Positions 31,827 to 42,262 of a DNA stretch of 64,000 nucleotides are shown piece after piece (the stretch's first letter is position 1; each line of letters starts with the position of its first letter). Origin of the DNA: Candidatus Delongbacteria bacterium (GTDB lineage Bacteria > CAIWAD01); the NCBI GenBank assembly GCA_963663545.1, contig OY760505.1:896001-960000 (forward strand). The letters run 5' to 3'. Under the pieces are notes generated by a model. It saw nothing but the letters and a program-made list of their open reading frames with translations, did not search any database and had not been told where the DNA came from. Made by a program: the position numbers and the translations under genes.

Positions 31827-32165
31827 CAGGATGTCCTCTCGTCTTTATTCGAACTTGTTCAAGTTCAGTCACTTCGAGCAGCCGGGAAGCCGGCCGACGA
31901 CACGCTATCCGCGCTGATCCTCAACTCGGATTCACTTTCAGGGGGATGATTTCACGTCTTTGTTTTGGTTGATCCGGACCTTGTGCTTGAACGCAATTGC
32001 TGTGCCGTCCTTCCCGACAGCGCACCCTGTGTCCCCCCTCCTGAAAAGAGTGACTAGAAAGGACGAAAAGGAGACGTGAAAATGTGTGCGGTGTCTGTGC
32101 GCGTGCTGTTCCAATTCCTATCTTGGACGCCGTTCTGTGTATCACAAATCAAACAAGGAATGGTC

Positions 32166-32351
32166 ATGAAGTTCAAAGTTAATCCGAATGACTGCATCGG
32201 GTGCGGTGCCTGCGAGGCTGAGTGTCCCGAAGTCTTCCAGTTGGATGATGATATTTCGACGGTCGTCGTGGACGATGTCCCGGAAGATCTGGTAGACAGC
32301 GCCCTGGCCGCCGAGGAGAACTGTCCCGCCGACGCGATCTCCCACAAGTAG
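32166..32351 (+). CDS. Single-cluster ferredoxin
   Basis: CIGCGACEAECP...NCPADAI; 61 acidic residues-rich aa; AAGGAA SD. Confidence 0.92.
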   Translation: MKFKVNPNDCIGCGACEAECPEVFQLDDDISTVVVDDVPEDLVDSALAAEENCPADAISHK

Positions 32352-32395
32352 AATTGCTGCAGCGGGACGCCGGCTTGTACGCCGTCCCGCTCCTC

Positions 32396-33373
32396 TCACA
32401 CCGGAAGCCGCCCAAGGCAGCCCGCCTCGATTCTCCGCTTCATCAGCAGCTGCAAGAAGCTTTCATTGGCCGGGACCTTCATCCCTTTCCGCTCAGCCAT
32501 TTCCACGATTGTAGAATGATAGTGCAGCGGTTCAAGTTCTTGTCCGCGCACAAGCGCCGTGTACACCGAGTTGTGAATCTGCGTGACGGACGGCTCTCCT
32601 GATGTAGTACGAGCCTGGACCGGAAGCGCTTGTCGCTCGATCATCTCCTCCAGACTCAAATCCTGGCCATCGCAGGATCGTGCAAGAATGCCATGGGCCG
32701 CCAGTGTATCACGCGCTTCGACCAGCAGATTTCGGCGGAACTCCCAGTAGGCGCTGCTCGCCTTCAGCTCTGTGGTCGCGAGCACATTGATGGCACTAAG
32801 CAGATTGGTGCAAAGCTTCAGCCAAAGGTCCTGCCGGATCTCGGCAGAGAGTGCAGTGTTGAAGCCAGCATGCGTCAACTGCAAAATCGCCCGTGTTACG
32901 CGCTCGTCATCAACTGTTGGATGCAATCCAAGTACTACACGACCTGCACCGCGGTGATACAAACAATTCTCCTGAAGCATGCAGGTCTGGCGCCAGACTC
33001 CGCCGAGCGCTGTCCCCCCAGCCGCTAGCGTTTCCACATTGCCTATTCCGTTCTGCAAGGATAGCGGAAGAGCTTCAGGAGCGTATTTGATGAGCAAGGA
33101 AGCGGCATTGGAAGTATCTGCTCTGCGCCAGCACACAGCGGCAATTCCGTCTTCGAGCCACTTCGTCGCTGACTTGATGCTGTCGCTCAGCGGAAGCTGT
33201 ATCACCTCTTCGTTGCCGGAGGAATCTACACATCTGATTCCCTTCGACAACAAAAAAAGCGCCGCAGATCTGCGACTGTAGACGAGTACAGGCACACCAG
33301 CAGTATGCAGGCGTGTCGCCAGGCGAAGCCCGACAGCACCGGCGCCAAGAATCAACCAACGCATGTCATGCAT
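32396..33373 (-). CDS. Ketopantoate reductase (ApbA/PanE) family protein
   Basis: ILGAGAVG, LSLQNGIGN and LWLKL..N motifs. Confidence 0.75.
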   Translation of the reverse strand: MHDMRWLILGAGAVGLRLATRLHTAGVPVLVYSRRSAALFLLSKGIRCVDSSGNEEVIQLPLSDSIKSATKWLEDGIAAVCWRRADTSNAASLLIKYAPEALPLSLQNGIGNVETLAAGGTALGGVWRQTCMLQENCLYHRGAGRVVLGLHPTVDDERVTRAILQLTHAGFNTALSAEIRQDLWLKLCTNLLSAINVLATTELKASSAYWEFRRNLLVEARDTLAAHGILARSCDGQDLSLEEMIERQALPVQARTTSGEPSVTQIHNSVYTALVRGQELEPLHYHSTIVEMAERKGMKVPANESFLQLLMKRRIEAGCLGRLPV

Positions 33374-33377
33374 GGAA

Positions 33378-34019
33378 TCACTCAAATTGTGCACGGAACT
33401 CTTCCAGCGTATCACGCAGCTGACGGACTTCCGCTTCCAGCGCCTCGACCCGGCTCAGCAGATCCGCCTGATCGCTTGGTGCTTGCTCTTCAGGAGCGTC
33501 TTCTGCGGACCTCAGGTTGGTTGCTGCTTCTTCGGTGAGCGTTTGACGCCATCGGGCTTCCTTCTGTCCCGGTTGTCTCTCCATTCGCTGCACCAGCAGC
33601 TCTTCGCGCTGACTGAGGCCAAGCAGCAGTTCTTCAACCTCAGCTGTTGATGCCATGGAAAACATGCGTGAGGCACGGCCCCGCAGCTCTCCAGGAGTCT
33701 GGGCACCACGCAGCAGCAGCTCAGAGATCAGGGCAGCTTCTCGTTCACCCAGCTCATAGCCTTGCCGCAGAAGCTGATCATACTTGCGTGCACGTTGTCC
33801 CGCTCCTTCAACATGTCTCACAAGCCCGCGACGCCAAAGGTGATCCAACGCATCCAACACTTCCTGCTCAACCAGTTCCAGCACTGGATCGCGGTTGGAC
33901 TTCTGGTTGCAAGCCGCCAGCAGGGAATTCAGCGTCAGCGGATAGTAATCGGGGGTGGTGGTCTTCTTCTCGTAGAGGCTGGCCAGTACACGAGCCTCCA
34001 CAGCACTCAACAATTCCAT
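33378..34019 (-). CDS. yceH: YceH/DUF480 family protein
   Basis: EARVL..L.EK..TTPDYYPLTLNSL..ACNQKSNRDPV and LLLRGAQTPGELR motifs. Confidence 0.92.
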   Translation of the reverse strand: MELLSAVEARVLASLYEKKTTTPDYYPLTLNSLLAACNQKSNRDPVLELVEQEVLDALDHLWRRGLVRHVEGAGQRARKYDQLLRQGYELGEREAALISELLLRGAQTPGELRGRASRMFSMASTAEVEELLLGLSQREELLVQRMERQPGQKEARWRQTLTEEAATNLRSAEDAPEEQAPSDQADLLSRVEALEAEVRQLRDTLEEFRAQFE

Positions 34020-34028
34020 TCCAGACTC

Positions 34029-34670
34029 CTATTCAGGCAGAACGTGCAACAGCATGGCGAAGAAGTGACACACGCTCCCGCCAAGTACAAAGAGATGCCA
34101 GACGGGATGCGACCAGGGCAGCTTCTTCCAAGCGTAAAAGACAATGCCTCCCGTGTAGCACAGGCCGCCAACGCCTAACCACATCATACCCATGCCGCCC
34201 AAGGCGTGCAGCATGGGACGCAGGGCGATCAGCACCAACCACCCCATGCCCAGATAGGTCATCACGGACAGGATGCGCCAGCGGCCGATGAATAGCGTTT
34301 CCAGTAGAATGCCCACCAGCGCCAGTCCCCAAACGAGGCCGAAAAGCGTCCAGCCCCAGGGACCGCGCAATGAGACCAGCGTGAAGGGAGTATAGGTGCC
34401 AGCGATCAATAGATGAATAGCGGCATGATCCAGACGACGCATTACCGCGCGCACACGCGGGTAAGGTATGGCGTGATACAAGGTGGAGGCCAGATAGAGC
34501 AGCACCAGACTGGTGCCGTAGATACTGAAAGCCGTGATACGCCAGGGATCTCCCTGTCCGGCGGCCATCACGACCAGGATCACCAGTCCTGCCACACCCA
34601 GCAAGGCACCGATGCCGTGACTCACGCTACTGGCAATTTCTTCGCCTATCGTATAGTTCTTCGTTGTCAT
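34029..34670 (-). CDS. Hemolysin III (PAQR/TrhA) family membrane protein
   Basis: EEIA..VSHG, ASTLYH, LDHAAI.LLIAGTYTP and HPVWHLFVLGG..CHF motifs. Confidence 0.92.
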   Translation of the reverse strand: MTTKNYTIGEEIASSVSHGIGALLGVAGLVILVVMAAGQGDPWRITAFSIYGTSLVLLYLASTLYHAIPYPRVRAVMRRLDHAAIHLLIAGTYTPFTLVSLRGPWGWTLFGLVWGLALVGILLETLFIGRWRILSVMTYLGMGWLVLIALRPMLHALGGMGMMWLGVGGLCYTGGIVFYAWKKLPWSHPVWHLFVLGGSVCHFFAMLLHVLPE

Positions 34671-35692
34671 GCGTTTCTCATCTGCTCCCATTCAGCCAAC
34701 AGTTTATCCTCGCGCACAGAGTCCAGTCCGGCGCGCCATTTCCACGACACTCCGCGCTCTTGCAGTGACCAGGCTTCACGCTCCTCGATGAAAGCTGCTG
34801 TATCACGAAGAGTCTCCGCCAGGGGTCGGAAGCGCAGGCCAGCTTCTATCGCTAAGCGGCAATTCACACGATTATGTCCAGCGTATCCCTCCTGCGGAAC
34901 CCATAGCGGCAACTCCATGTAGGGGGCTACTTCGCGCTCCAAAAGCCAGGTTTCCTCCGCCCAGACCGGTTCGATCTGCGTGCCCAGGGACTCGGCTCCT
35001 GCCCGCAGAAAGGAACCCATCGACAACGTGTCTTCAGGACCTGTGGCGTGATACACTCCGCCACACTGCCGTTCAAGCAGGTCCAGACACCACTCAGCCA
35101 AATCGCGACCATCGATGAACTGCACGGGGTCCTGCGGCTTTCCGGGTGCCAGCAGTCTGCCGCCTTGTTGCAGCCGGCGTATCCAATAACTGAAGCGATC
35201 GCTTGGATCACGGGGGCCGACAATCAGTCCGGGGCGCACAATCAGAGCACGTTCACCAAATGCCTGCAGCACTTCTTGCTCGCAAATGGCTTTGTAGGGA
35301 CCGTAGGTCTCGCCGGTAATCGTCTCTTCAGCGCCATCGGGGAGCTGCCCCAGCGGCGCATCTTCCGTGGCACCGACAGGAATGGGCTCGGCATACACGG
35401 AGATGGAGGAAACAAAAAGGTATCGTGACACACGCGATTTCAGCGTCTGCGCGCTCTGTCGCACAATGCGCGGAAAATACCCGCACGTATCTACAACGGC
35501 GTCCCAACAACTTTCGCCCAGTGCATCCAAGCCTCCGTCGCGGTTTCCGTGTATCACCTCGGCTCCCGTAGGCGCGTACCCAGGATTGGATTTCCCTCTG
35601 TGGAATAGGCTCACTTCGTGCCCACGCGCCAAGGCCAACTCAGCCATGTGCCGCCCCAGAAAAAGGCTACCGCCAAGAATCAGAATACGCAT
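34667..35692 (-). CDS. NAD-dependent epimerase/dehydratase family protein
   Basis: ILGGSLFLG, FVSSISVY, YGPYK and VRPGLIVGP.DP.DRF.YW motifs. Confidence 0.9.
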   Translation of the reverse strand: MRILILGGSLFLGRHMAELALARGHEVSLFHRGKSNPGYAPTGAEVIHGNRDGGLDALGESCWDAVVDTCGYFPRIVRQSAQTLKSRVSRYLFVSSISVYAEPIPVGATEDAPLGQLPDGAEETITGETYGPYKAICEQEVLQAFGERALIVRPGLIVGPRDPSDRFSYWIRRLQQGGRLLAPGKPQDPVQFIDGRDLAEWCLDLLERQCGGVYHATGPEDTLSMGSFLRAGAESLGTQIEPVWAEETWLLEREVAPYMELPLWVPQEGYAGHNRVNCRLAIEAGLRFRPLAETLRDTAAFIEEREAWSLQERGVSWKWRAGLDSVREDKLLAEWEQMRNA

Positions 35693-35694
35693 TG

Positions 35695-37497
35695 TCAGCT
35701 CCCATGCTTGTTGCTTGCTCTGCTTCCTTTTCCCTTTGGCCACCTCTGATTCTTTGACCTCGTCACGCTACCGCCTTGCCCGGGTTTGCGTCGCCCGGCT
35801 TCGCCTTCGGGCTTCATCACATCCTTCTGTCGTTGACGAGCAGCCCAGGACCGTTCAACGTAGATTTCACTTCCCGTCGCGGGATCGATACCTGTGTGAT
35901 ACATGGTGGCAGACCATGTTCCAGGCAATGGTGTGTAGATCTGTATTTCGTCTGGCAACAGGCCCAACTCACTTTTACACCAGTCGCGCAGTTCGCGGGC
36001 GTGATCCATTGTGCAAGCAGGGTGTGCGGCCATGAGGTAATACACCAGTCCGCGCTTGATCCGCAAAGCAGAAAGCCTTTTGCGAAAGAGTTGGTGAAAA
36101 CGCTCCACTAATTCCTTGCCGGGTTTCCCCATTGCCTGTAGCACGGCATGGCTGCAATGCTCAGGCGCCAGTCGCAGGCGACCTCCCGTGTGATGCAGCA
36201 GCAGTTCATCCAGGCATGTTGCGGGATCACGATCCGCCAGCAGCAGATCGTGACGCAGACCGGAGGCAACGCGCACCTGTTTTACGCCAGGCAGCTGTCG
36301 CAATTGACGAAGCAGCTCAATCCAAGGTTTGTGATTCACACCAAGCGAACTGCATGCTGCTGGAAACAAGCACCGTTTGTCGGCACAAGCTCCTTTGCGC
36401 ACTTTCAACGCACACTCGTAGCCGTACATGTTGGCGGTGGGACCGGAAAGGTCCTGTATCACACCCTTGAAATCCTTGCGCTTGCTCAGGACGCGCGCTT
36501 CACGTAGCAGACTGGCCGGACTGCGGAAATGCACGCGCCGTCCTTCGTGAGCGGCTACCGCGCAGAAGTTGCATTCGCCATAGCAACCCCGATGGCTGAC
36601 CAGTGAATGTCGGATGGTCTCAATGGCGCGCACCTCTCCCTGTGCTGCATCACGCGGATGCACCTCGCGCGTGAAGGGCAGTTCGTGAATGCGATCCAGC
36701 TCAGCCTGCTCGGGGACCTGCGGAGGTGGATTCTGCACCAGCCAGCGCGTGTCCTGTCGCTGTGCCAGACGACGTCCGCGAACGGGATCGCAGTTCTCGT
36801 ACCAGCTACGAAAGGCTCGCAGATAGGCCTGTTTGTCCACGCGCACTTCCTCGTATGAGGGCAACTCAAGTGCATCAGCGGGCAGCTCCGTCGACAGGGT
36901 ACACAAACCGCGAATTGTGCTTGTATCACAAGCATCTCGCAGCGATGCTGCCAACTCCAGGACACTGCCCTCAGCCATGCCATAGAGCAGGAAATCGGCG
37001 CGCGCGTCCACCAGCAGACTACGACGTACTTTGTCACTCCAGTAGTCGTAATGCGCGACACGCCGCAGACTAGCCTCAAGCCCACCCAACACGATCGGTA
37101 CACCGGCTTTCGTGTGACGCCGGATCAAATTGGCGTAGATCAAACTGGCTCGATCGGGACGCCGCTCATTGCGCCCGCCGGGCGTGTAATCGTCGCTGCG
37201 TCGCGGTTTGCCTTGGGCCGTGCGATTGGCCACCATGCTATCCAAACAGCCAGCGGTGATCCCCCAGAAGAGTCGCGGTTCGCCCAGTCGCAAGATGTCC
37301 GTGTCACTGTTCACATCGGGTTGCGCAATCACACCAACCCGATATCCAGCGGCCTCGAGCACGCGAGCAATGACGGCTACTCCTACCTGTGGAGAATCGA
37401 TGAAAGCGTCGCCGGTCACCAGAATCACATCCAGACGATCCCAGTTGCGAGCTTTCAGCTCTGCGCCATCAACGGGTGGAAACCGGAATTGTGTCAC
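35695..37497 (-). CDS. YgiQ-family radical SAM protein
   Basis: DVILVTGDA..D.P, DSMVAN, GGLEASLRR.AHYDYW, HRGCYGECNFC and LAPEH motifs. Confidence 0.92.
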   Translation of the reverse strand: MTQFRFPPVDGAELKARNWDRLDVILVTGDAFIDSPQVGVAVIARVLEAAGYRVGVIAQPDVNSDTDILRLGEPRLFWGITAGCLDSMVANRTAQGKPRRSDDYTPGGRNERRPDRASLIYANLIRRHTKAGVPIVLGGLEASLRRVAHYDYWSDKVRRSLLVDARADFLLYGMAEGSVLELAASLRDACDTSTIRGLCTLSTELPADALELPSYEEVRVDKQAYLRAFRSWYENCDPVRGRRLAQRQDTRWLVQNPPPQVPEQAELDRIHELPFTREVHPRDAAQGEVRAIETIRHSLVSHRGCYGECNFCAVAAHEGRRVHFRSPASLLREARVLSKRKDFKGVIQDLSGPTANMYGYECALKVRKGACADKRCLFPAACSSLGVNHKPWIELLRQLRQLPGVKQVRVASGLRHDLLLADRDPATCLDELLLHHTGGRLRLAPEHCSHAVLQAMGKPGKELVERFHQLFRKRLSALRIKRGLVYYLMAAHPACTMDHARELRDWCKSELGLLPDEIQIYTPLPGTWSATMYHTGIDPATGSEIYVERSWAARQRQKDVMKPEGEAGRRKPGQGGSVTRSKNQRWPKGKGSRASNKHGS

Positions 37498-37856
37498 ACT
37501 GCACCTTCGCTGCATTCGCGCTGCTGGCGTTTGGAAAGGCTTGAGAAGATCAACTCGTGGCTATGCGTCACCAACTCGCGAACCAGGTCATCCGGCAGCG
37601 GCTGCTCAAGATCCAGCGTGTTCCAGTGTTCCTTGTTGAGATGATAGCCCGGTGTGATGGCGGCAAACTGACCGCGCAGCAATTGAGCACGTTCAGGATT
37701 GCACTTCAACGATAGGCGAAAGCCCTGAGTCGGCTCCGTAAGCAGCGCAAAGATTTTACCGCCGCATTTGTAGACGAGCACATCCGGTCCGAAGGGACAA
37801 CACTCTTCCGCCGCCAGGCACTCCATCAGCATAGTGCGCACTTCTGTGTGTGTCAC
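37494..37856 (-). CDS. MmcQ/YjbR family DNA-binding protein
   Basis: PFGPDVLVYK.GGKIFA, LKCNP and PGYHLNKEHWN motifs; AGGAGG SD before GTG at 37856. Confidence 0.92.
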   Translation of the reverse strand: MTHTEVRTMLMECLAAEECCPFGPDVLVYKCGGKIFALLTEPTQGFRLSLKCNPERAQLLRGQFAAITPGYHLNKEHWNTLDLEQPLPDDLVRELVTHSHELIFSSLSKRQQRECSEGAV

Positions 37857-38674
37857 TTTGCAACCTCCTTGACGGCACACAGGGAGAACATCAACGGCAG
37901 TCCTCCCTTGGGTTCGGGTGACACATACATGCCATCGTCCCGTCTCACCAGAAAGCCATGGGAACGGTAGGGCAGGTAGTTATGCTCATGAAAGAAGACC
38001 AGACGGAGGCCGGCGTCCAGCACAGCCTGTATCACATCGGCAAGGCCGAATTCCCACTCGTAGCTGGTGCCGCTTACTTCGGCGTTAGCATCGGCGTAAC
38101 TTCCCTCAACGGGGTAGATACTTGGCTCCTGCTGACGAAAGTATGGATTGGCCAATGCAGCGGGAAGAGACTTTGTGTCCATATCCAACATGGTTGCGGC
38201 GGGATGAAACTCGCGCAAGTAGAGCCTTCCGCCGGGTTTGATGCAGGCGGTCAGATTTCGTGCCCATGCTTTCAAATCGTGCAACCAGCATAACACGCCG
38301 GCGCTGGTGAACACCAGATCAAAGCGCCCATGCAGTGTGGTTGGCAATTCCAAGACGTTGGCCTCGATGAACTCGGCTTGCAGATTTGTATCACAGCTCA
38401 GTTGTCTGGCAAAAGCAATGGCACGCGGAGAAAAGTCAAGGCCTGTGACACGTGCTCCGCGTCTGGCCCAGGAAAGGGTATCCATGCCGAAATGACACTG
38501 GGTGTGAAGCAGCTCCAAGCCCTGCACCGGACCGACTTCTTCTACTTCGACAGGCAGAAGTGAACACGAACCGGCCAGGAAAGCGGCTAGATCGTAGAAC
38601 TCGCTGTTGACGTGGATGTCCGTCCAGGCGTCCCAAAGTGCCCGATTGGCGTGCAAGCCCTCACCTACGCTCAT
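37853..38674 (-). CDS. Class I SAM-dependent methyltransferase
   Basis: LLHTQCHFGMDTLS, VTGLDFS, FDLVFTS and KPGG.LYL.EFHP motifs. Confidence 0.9.
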   Translation of the reverse strand: MSVGEGLHANRALWDAWTDIHVNSEFYDLAAFLAGSCSLLPVEVEEVGPVQGLELLHTQCHFGMDTLSWARRGARVTGLDFSPRAIAFARQLSCDTNLQAEFIEANVLELPTTLHGRFDLVFTSAGVLCWLHDLKAWARNLTACIKPGGRLYLREFHPAATMLDMDTKSLPAALANPYFRQQEPSIYPVEGSYADANAEVSGTSYEWEFGLADVIQAVLDAGLRLVFFHEHNYLPYRSHGFLVRRDDGMYVSPEPKGGLPLMFSLCAVKEVAK

Positions 38675-39660
38675 TCTTCATTCTCCCCGGAAAAGAGCAT
38701 CTCAAAATCCGCCCACAATGGATCACGCCTGCTGATGCTTGACATCGTCTCCGTGACACGCTCAAGCACCATCGGATCGGCACGCAGGGTTGCAAGTGCT
38801 TCCAATGTTTCAAGTGCCGTAGGGCCGCCACCCAGCAGAAGACCACAGAGCAGGCTCATGGCCTCATCGTGTCTCAGTAGAGCGAGCGCGGTCAGTAAAG
38901 GACGCCGTTCGTCCGGCAGCATCGCCTCCTGCCATAGTTCTCGCAGAAGCGGCCATGCCGCAGGCAAGCGGCTTGCCCCCAGAGCGAGCACCAAAGACTC
39001 GCGAAGCAAGTCATCTTGACCGGCAGCTTTTAGTAGGCGTTTGAGGGCAGGTAGTGCCAACTCTGCATCTAGTGCAAGCAGGGCGGCAGCGCATTCGCCT
39101 ACCACCTCGGGCACAACATCTCCGCTCTTGAGCTTGTGATACAAAAGTGCGCGGGCGCCTTCGCTGTCATGGCGACTCAACTGCCTAGCGGCACCGGCAC
39201 GCGCACTCGCTTCGTGATCCGCCAGCAATCCACCTAACTCTACCAGCGCCGACATATTGCCATCCAGCAAGGCGGAAGCCGCCTGCACGCGAACTTCTGC
39301 GGCGGTATCCACACTTCCGCCCCAGACGGGCTCCCATTGTTCGTAACACACAGCCATGCGCAAGAGATCTTCGTCGTACCAACTCAGCTCTTCCAGCGCC
39401 GCAAGAATTGCTGACAGCGCCTTGCAGCCAGGATCACGCTTGCGCCCGAATTTCATGCAGGTTTCTGCCGCCTGAACCAGCTGCGGAATCAGTGTCTCCA
39501 GGTCGTGCTCTCCCACTAAAACAGCAGCACCAGCGATCACCGTACCGCTGGTTGCTTTCAGCAGGCGGGTGCACTCCTGTACTACACGATCATCGCCCAT
39601 TGGCAGTTGCCGCAGTTCCTTCAGCAGATCCAGCTGCTGTTGCGTGGTCTCGCGTGCCAT
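38671..39660 (-). CDS. HEAT-repeat-like helical protein
   Basis: Leu/Ala-rich helical repeats; DPGC and QWEPVWGG.VDTA motifs. Confidence 0.65.
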   Translation of the reverse strand: MARETTQQQLDLLKELRQLPMGDDRVVQECTRLLKATSGTVIAGAAVLVGEHDLETLIPQLVQAAETCMKFGRKRDPGCKALSAILAALEELSWYDEDLLRMAVCYEQWEPVWGGSVDTAAEVRVQAASALLDGNMSALVELGGLLADHEASARAGAARQLSRHDSEGARALLYHKLKSGDVVPEVVGECAAALLALDAELALPALKRLLKAAGQDDLLRESLVLALGASRLPAAWPLLRELWQEAMLPDERRPLLTALALLRHDEAMSLLCGLLLGGGPTALETLEALATLRADPMVLERVTETMSSISRRDPLWADFEMLFSGENEE

Positions 39661-39661
39661 C

Positions 39662-40399
39662 CTACTTGCGTCCTATGGCCAGCAGAGCGCAAGGAAACTC
39701 TACACCGACAGTGTGCAATCGCGTGCGCAGTTCTTCTCCCTGCGCTGCGAGCTCCTGCAGCTCATCGTGCTCAGCAATACGCTTCAGATACTGGTCAAGG
39801 CCCTGTTCCATGCGGGCGATTAGTTCGGAATTGTGCGGATCACAAGGCGGCGCGTCGTGCTCCAGGATCTCCATGGAATTGCAAGGGAGATCACGCAAGA
39901 AGGATTCCAGTGCTGCTCGCGTCCACGTGGGATTGTGTATCACGCCCAGGGCGGTGTCCACGCGTCCCCACCAGTGATGCAGCAGCACCTGGGTTTGCTG
40001 TGTATCACGCAGCTGGTCCGCATACATTTCCAGCACAATCAGATGTCCGCCCGGTTTGAGCACGCGTAGGGCTTCCAGCAGAACAGGTCGCGCCTCCTCC
40101 AGGTGATGCAGCGAACAGGAAATGCCCACCGTGTCGAAACTCTCATCGGGAAAATCGAGGTGCAGAATATCCATTTCCATGAATCGAACCCGGGGATCGC
40201 CTATGCTACGCTCAGCGGCAGCCAAGGCCGGCGTGCTGTGATCCACCGCGATGATCTCGTCAATTTCGGCAAGAGCACTCAAGAGCGTTGCTACGAACTG
40301 ACCCGCGCCCGTGGCCAGGTCAAGCACGCGTCCACCGTGAATATTCCCTAGTGGATTGGAATCCTGCACGATCTCCTCCTCAGTTGTTTCCGGTGACAC
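39662..40399 (-). CDS. Class I SAM-dependent methyltransferase
   Basis: RVLDLATGAG, FPDESFD and RVLKPGG motifs. Confidence 0.88.
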   Translation of the reverse strand: MSPETTEEEIVQDSNPLGNIHGGRVLDLATGAGQFVATLLSALAEIDEIIAVDHSTPALAAAERSIGDPRVRFMEMDILHLDFPDESFDTVGISCSLHHLEEARPVLLEALRVLKPGGHLIVLEMYADQLRDTQQTQVLLHHWWGRVDTALGVIHNPTWTRAALESFLRDLPCNSMEILEHDAPPCDPHNSELIARMEQGLDQYLKRIAEHDELQELAAQGEELRTRLHTVGVEFPCALLAIGRK

Positions 40400-40633
40400 G
40401 ATTTCACCCTACGCCAGCGGTTTGGATTGCACATCTGTCGCGGCCACTGGGCAAAATCTTCTGTGTTGCCCTGCCTTGAATATTGCGAAGTTGTGCCGCG
40501 AGTCACACTCCCATCGTGGCAGCAAAAGCCTTCTGACGGCTCCAGAAGCGCTCTGCGATGGCGGTATCTGAGTCTTCCGGAGTGGCCCCGTGCCGAGGTT
40601 CCGGCCGACTCTCAGCTAATGCGGAGAGATCCG

Positions 40634-42202
40634 ATGCAGTTCAACGGACGCGAGTACAAAGCTTTCGCAGGTGCTTTCAACACACCTGAGTATACCAGCA
40701 CCCTGGTGGCCCGACGCGGTGCCGCCCCCATTCCCCACCGTGGCAACAAGGTCACGACCCTGGACGCAGTCATGGAACTGATCCAGGATGGTGATACAAT
40801 CAGCTACCCGCACTATTATCGCACCGGCGATCAGGGTCTGCAGATGGTGGTGGACACTCTGCGCCGTCACGGTAAGCGCGGCATCATTCTTTACGGCAAT
40901 GCCTTCTTCGACAACGCGGACCCCTGGCTGATCGACGCTTTCGCCGACGGTACGCTGGCCGGCTTGTATGGCAACCCCTACCGCATGGTGGGTGGACGCA
41001 TTCTGAAGGGTGAGATTCGCCCCTGGGTCAGCGTTGGCGTGAGTCACGGCAATCGCGTCCGCAAGCTGCAAACGGGCGAAGTGCACGTCAAGATGGCCTT
41101 CGGTCCGGTCCCGATGGCCGACCGCTACGGCAACGCCAGTGGTTGCATGGGCAAGCCGGAACACTACTGCGGACCTCTGGGCCTCTTCGTCGCCGACACC
41201 GAATACGCCGACTACACCTGTCTGCTGGCGGGTACGGTGAGCGACAAAACCCTCGGTCCGGCAAGTCTTTCGATGGAGAATGTGGACTTTGTGGTGCCGA
41301 TGGAGACGCCGGGACTGGCCGAGGCCATTGGCAGTGGCACGCTGGATCTGGAGCGCATTCGCGCCAACAAGTTCAACTCGGTTGTTGCCGCCAATGTAAC
41401 ACGCGTGATGCAGGCGGCGGATGTGATACAGCCTGATGTCAACTTCCAGGTAGGCTCGGGCGCAGGTCTGATTGTGCTGGACAACATCCGCACCATGCTG
41501 CGCGAGCGGAGTATTTGCGCCAACTTCTCCATCGGTGGCATCACCAGTCTGCACCAGGATATGTTCGACGAGGGTCTGGTGAAGATTCTGATGCACGGCC
41601 AGCTCTTCGAGCCCAGCGAGCGCGTGGTTAAAAGCCTGCTGAACGACGCGCGTCATATCGACATTCCCACGGGCTACTACGCCAGTGTGGCGGTCAAGGA
41701 TTGCCTGGTGAATCAGCTGGACGTGGCGGTGCTTTCCGCGCTGGAAATCGATCGCGAGTTCAACGTAAATACGGTGTGTGCCAACGGCCGCATCATCGGC
41801 GGTATCGGCGGCGGTCAGGATGTGGCTGCAGGCGCCGAGCTGACCATAATGTTCCTGCCGCTGGCCACGGGCAAGGATGGCAAGGGCTTCCCGAAGGTGG
41901 TGGACAAGGTCTACACGCGGACTACACCGGGTGAGGTTGTCGACGTCGTCGTTACCGAAGAGTACGCGGCACTCAATCCCGCCAGCAAGAGCAGCTACCG
42001 CCAGGCGATTACGGACAACGCCGCCAAGGCCGGACTGACGCTGATCAGCATGGACGAGCTGCACGAGAAGTCCATGGCCAAGGCCGCCGAGTTCGGCACG
42101 CTGCCGGTGAAGCAGGAGACCACCGACGAGGTGCTGCACCTGATCGAGTGGCGCGACGGCACGGTGCTGGACACCATCAATGCGCCGGTACCCAGAAAGT
42201 AG
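40634..42202 (+). CDS. citF: Citrate lyase alpha subunit (CoA-transferase)-like protein
   Basis: DGDTIS..H..R.GD, SHG.R, GNA.G..G....CGPLG, FQ.GSG, GGIT and D+VVTE..IEWRDG motifs. Confidence 0.8.
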   Translation: MQFNGREYKAFAGAFNTPEYTSTLVARRGAAPIPHRGNKVTTLDAVMELIQDGDTISYPHYYRTGDQGLQMVVDTLRRHGKRGIILYGNAFFDNADPWLIDAFADGTLAGLYGNPYRMVGGRILKGEIRPWVSVGVSHGNRVRKLQTGEVHVKMAFGPVPMADRYGNASGCMGKPEHYCGPLGLFVADTEYADYTCLLAGTVSDKTLGPASLSMENVDFVVPMETPGLAEAIGSGTLDLERIRANKFNSVVAANVTRVMQAADVIQPDVNFQVGSGAGLIVLDNIRTMLRERSICANFSIGGITSLHQDMFDEGLVKILMHGQLFEPSERVVKSLLNDARHIDIPTGYYASVAVKDCLVNQLDVAVLSALEIDREFNVNTVCANGRIIGGIGGGQDVAAGAELTIMFLPLATGKDGKGFPKVVDKVYTRTTPGEVVDVVVTEEYAALNPASKSSYRQAITDNAAKAGLTLISMDELHEKSMAKAAEFGTLPVKQETTDEVLHLIEWRDGTVLDTINAPVPRK

Positions 42203-42224
42203 CTGCGTGATACATCATGAACTC

Positions 42225-42262
42225 AAGCGGCGGTTGCAGCGATGTGATCGCCGCTTCTCTTT
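42225..42262 (+). terminator. Terminator after the citF-like gene
   Basis: AAGCGGCGGTTGCA-gcga-TGTGATCGCCGCTT-CTCTTT (stem with G:U pairs). Confidence 0.6.
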
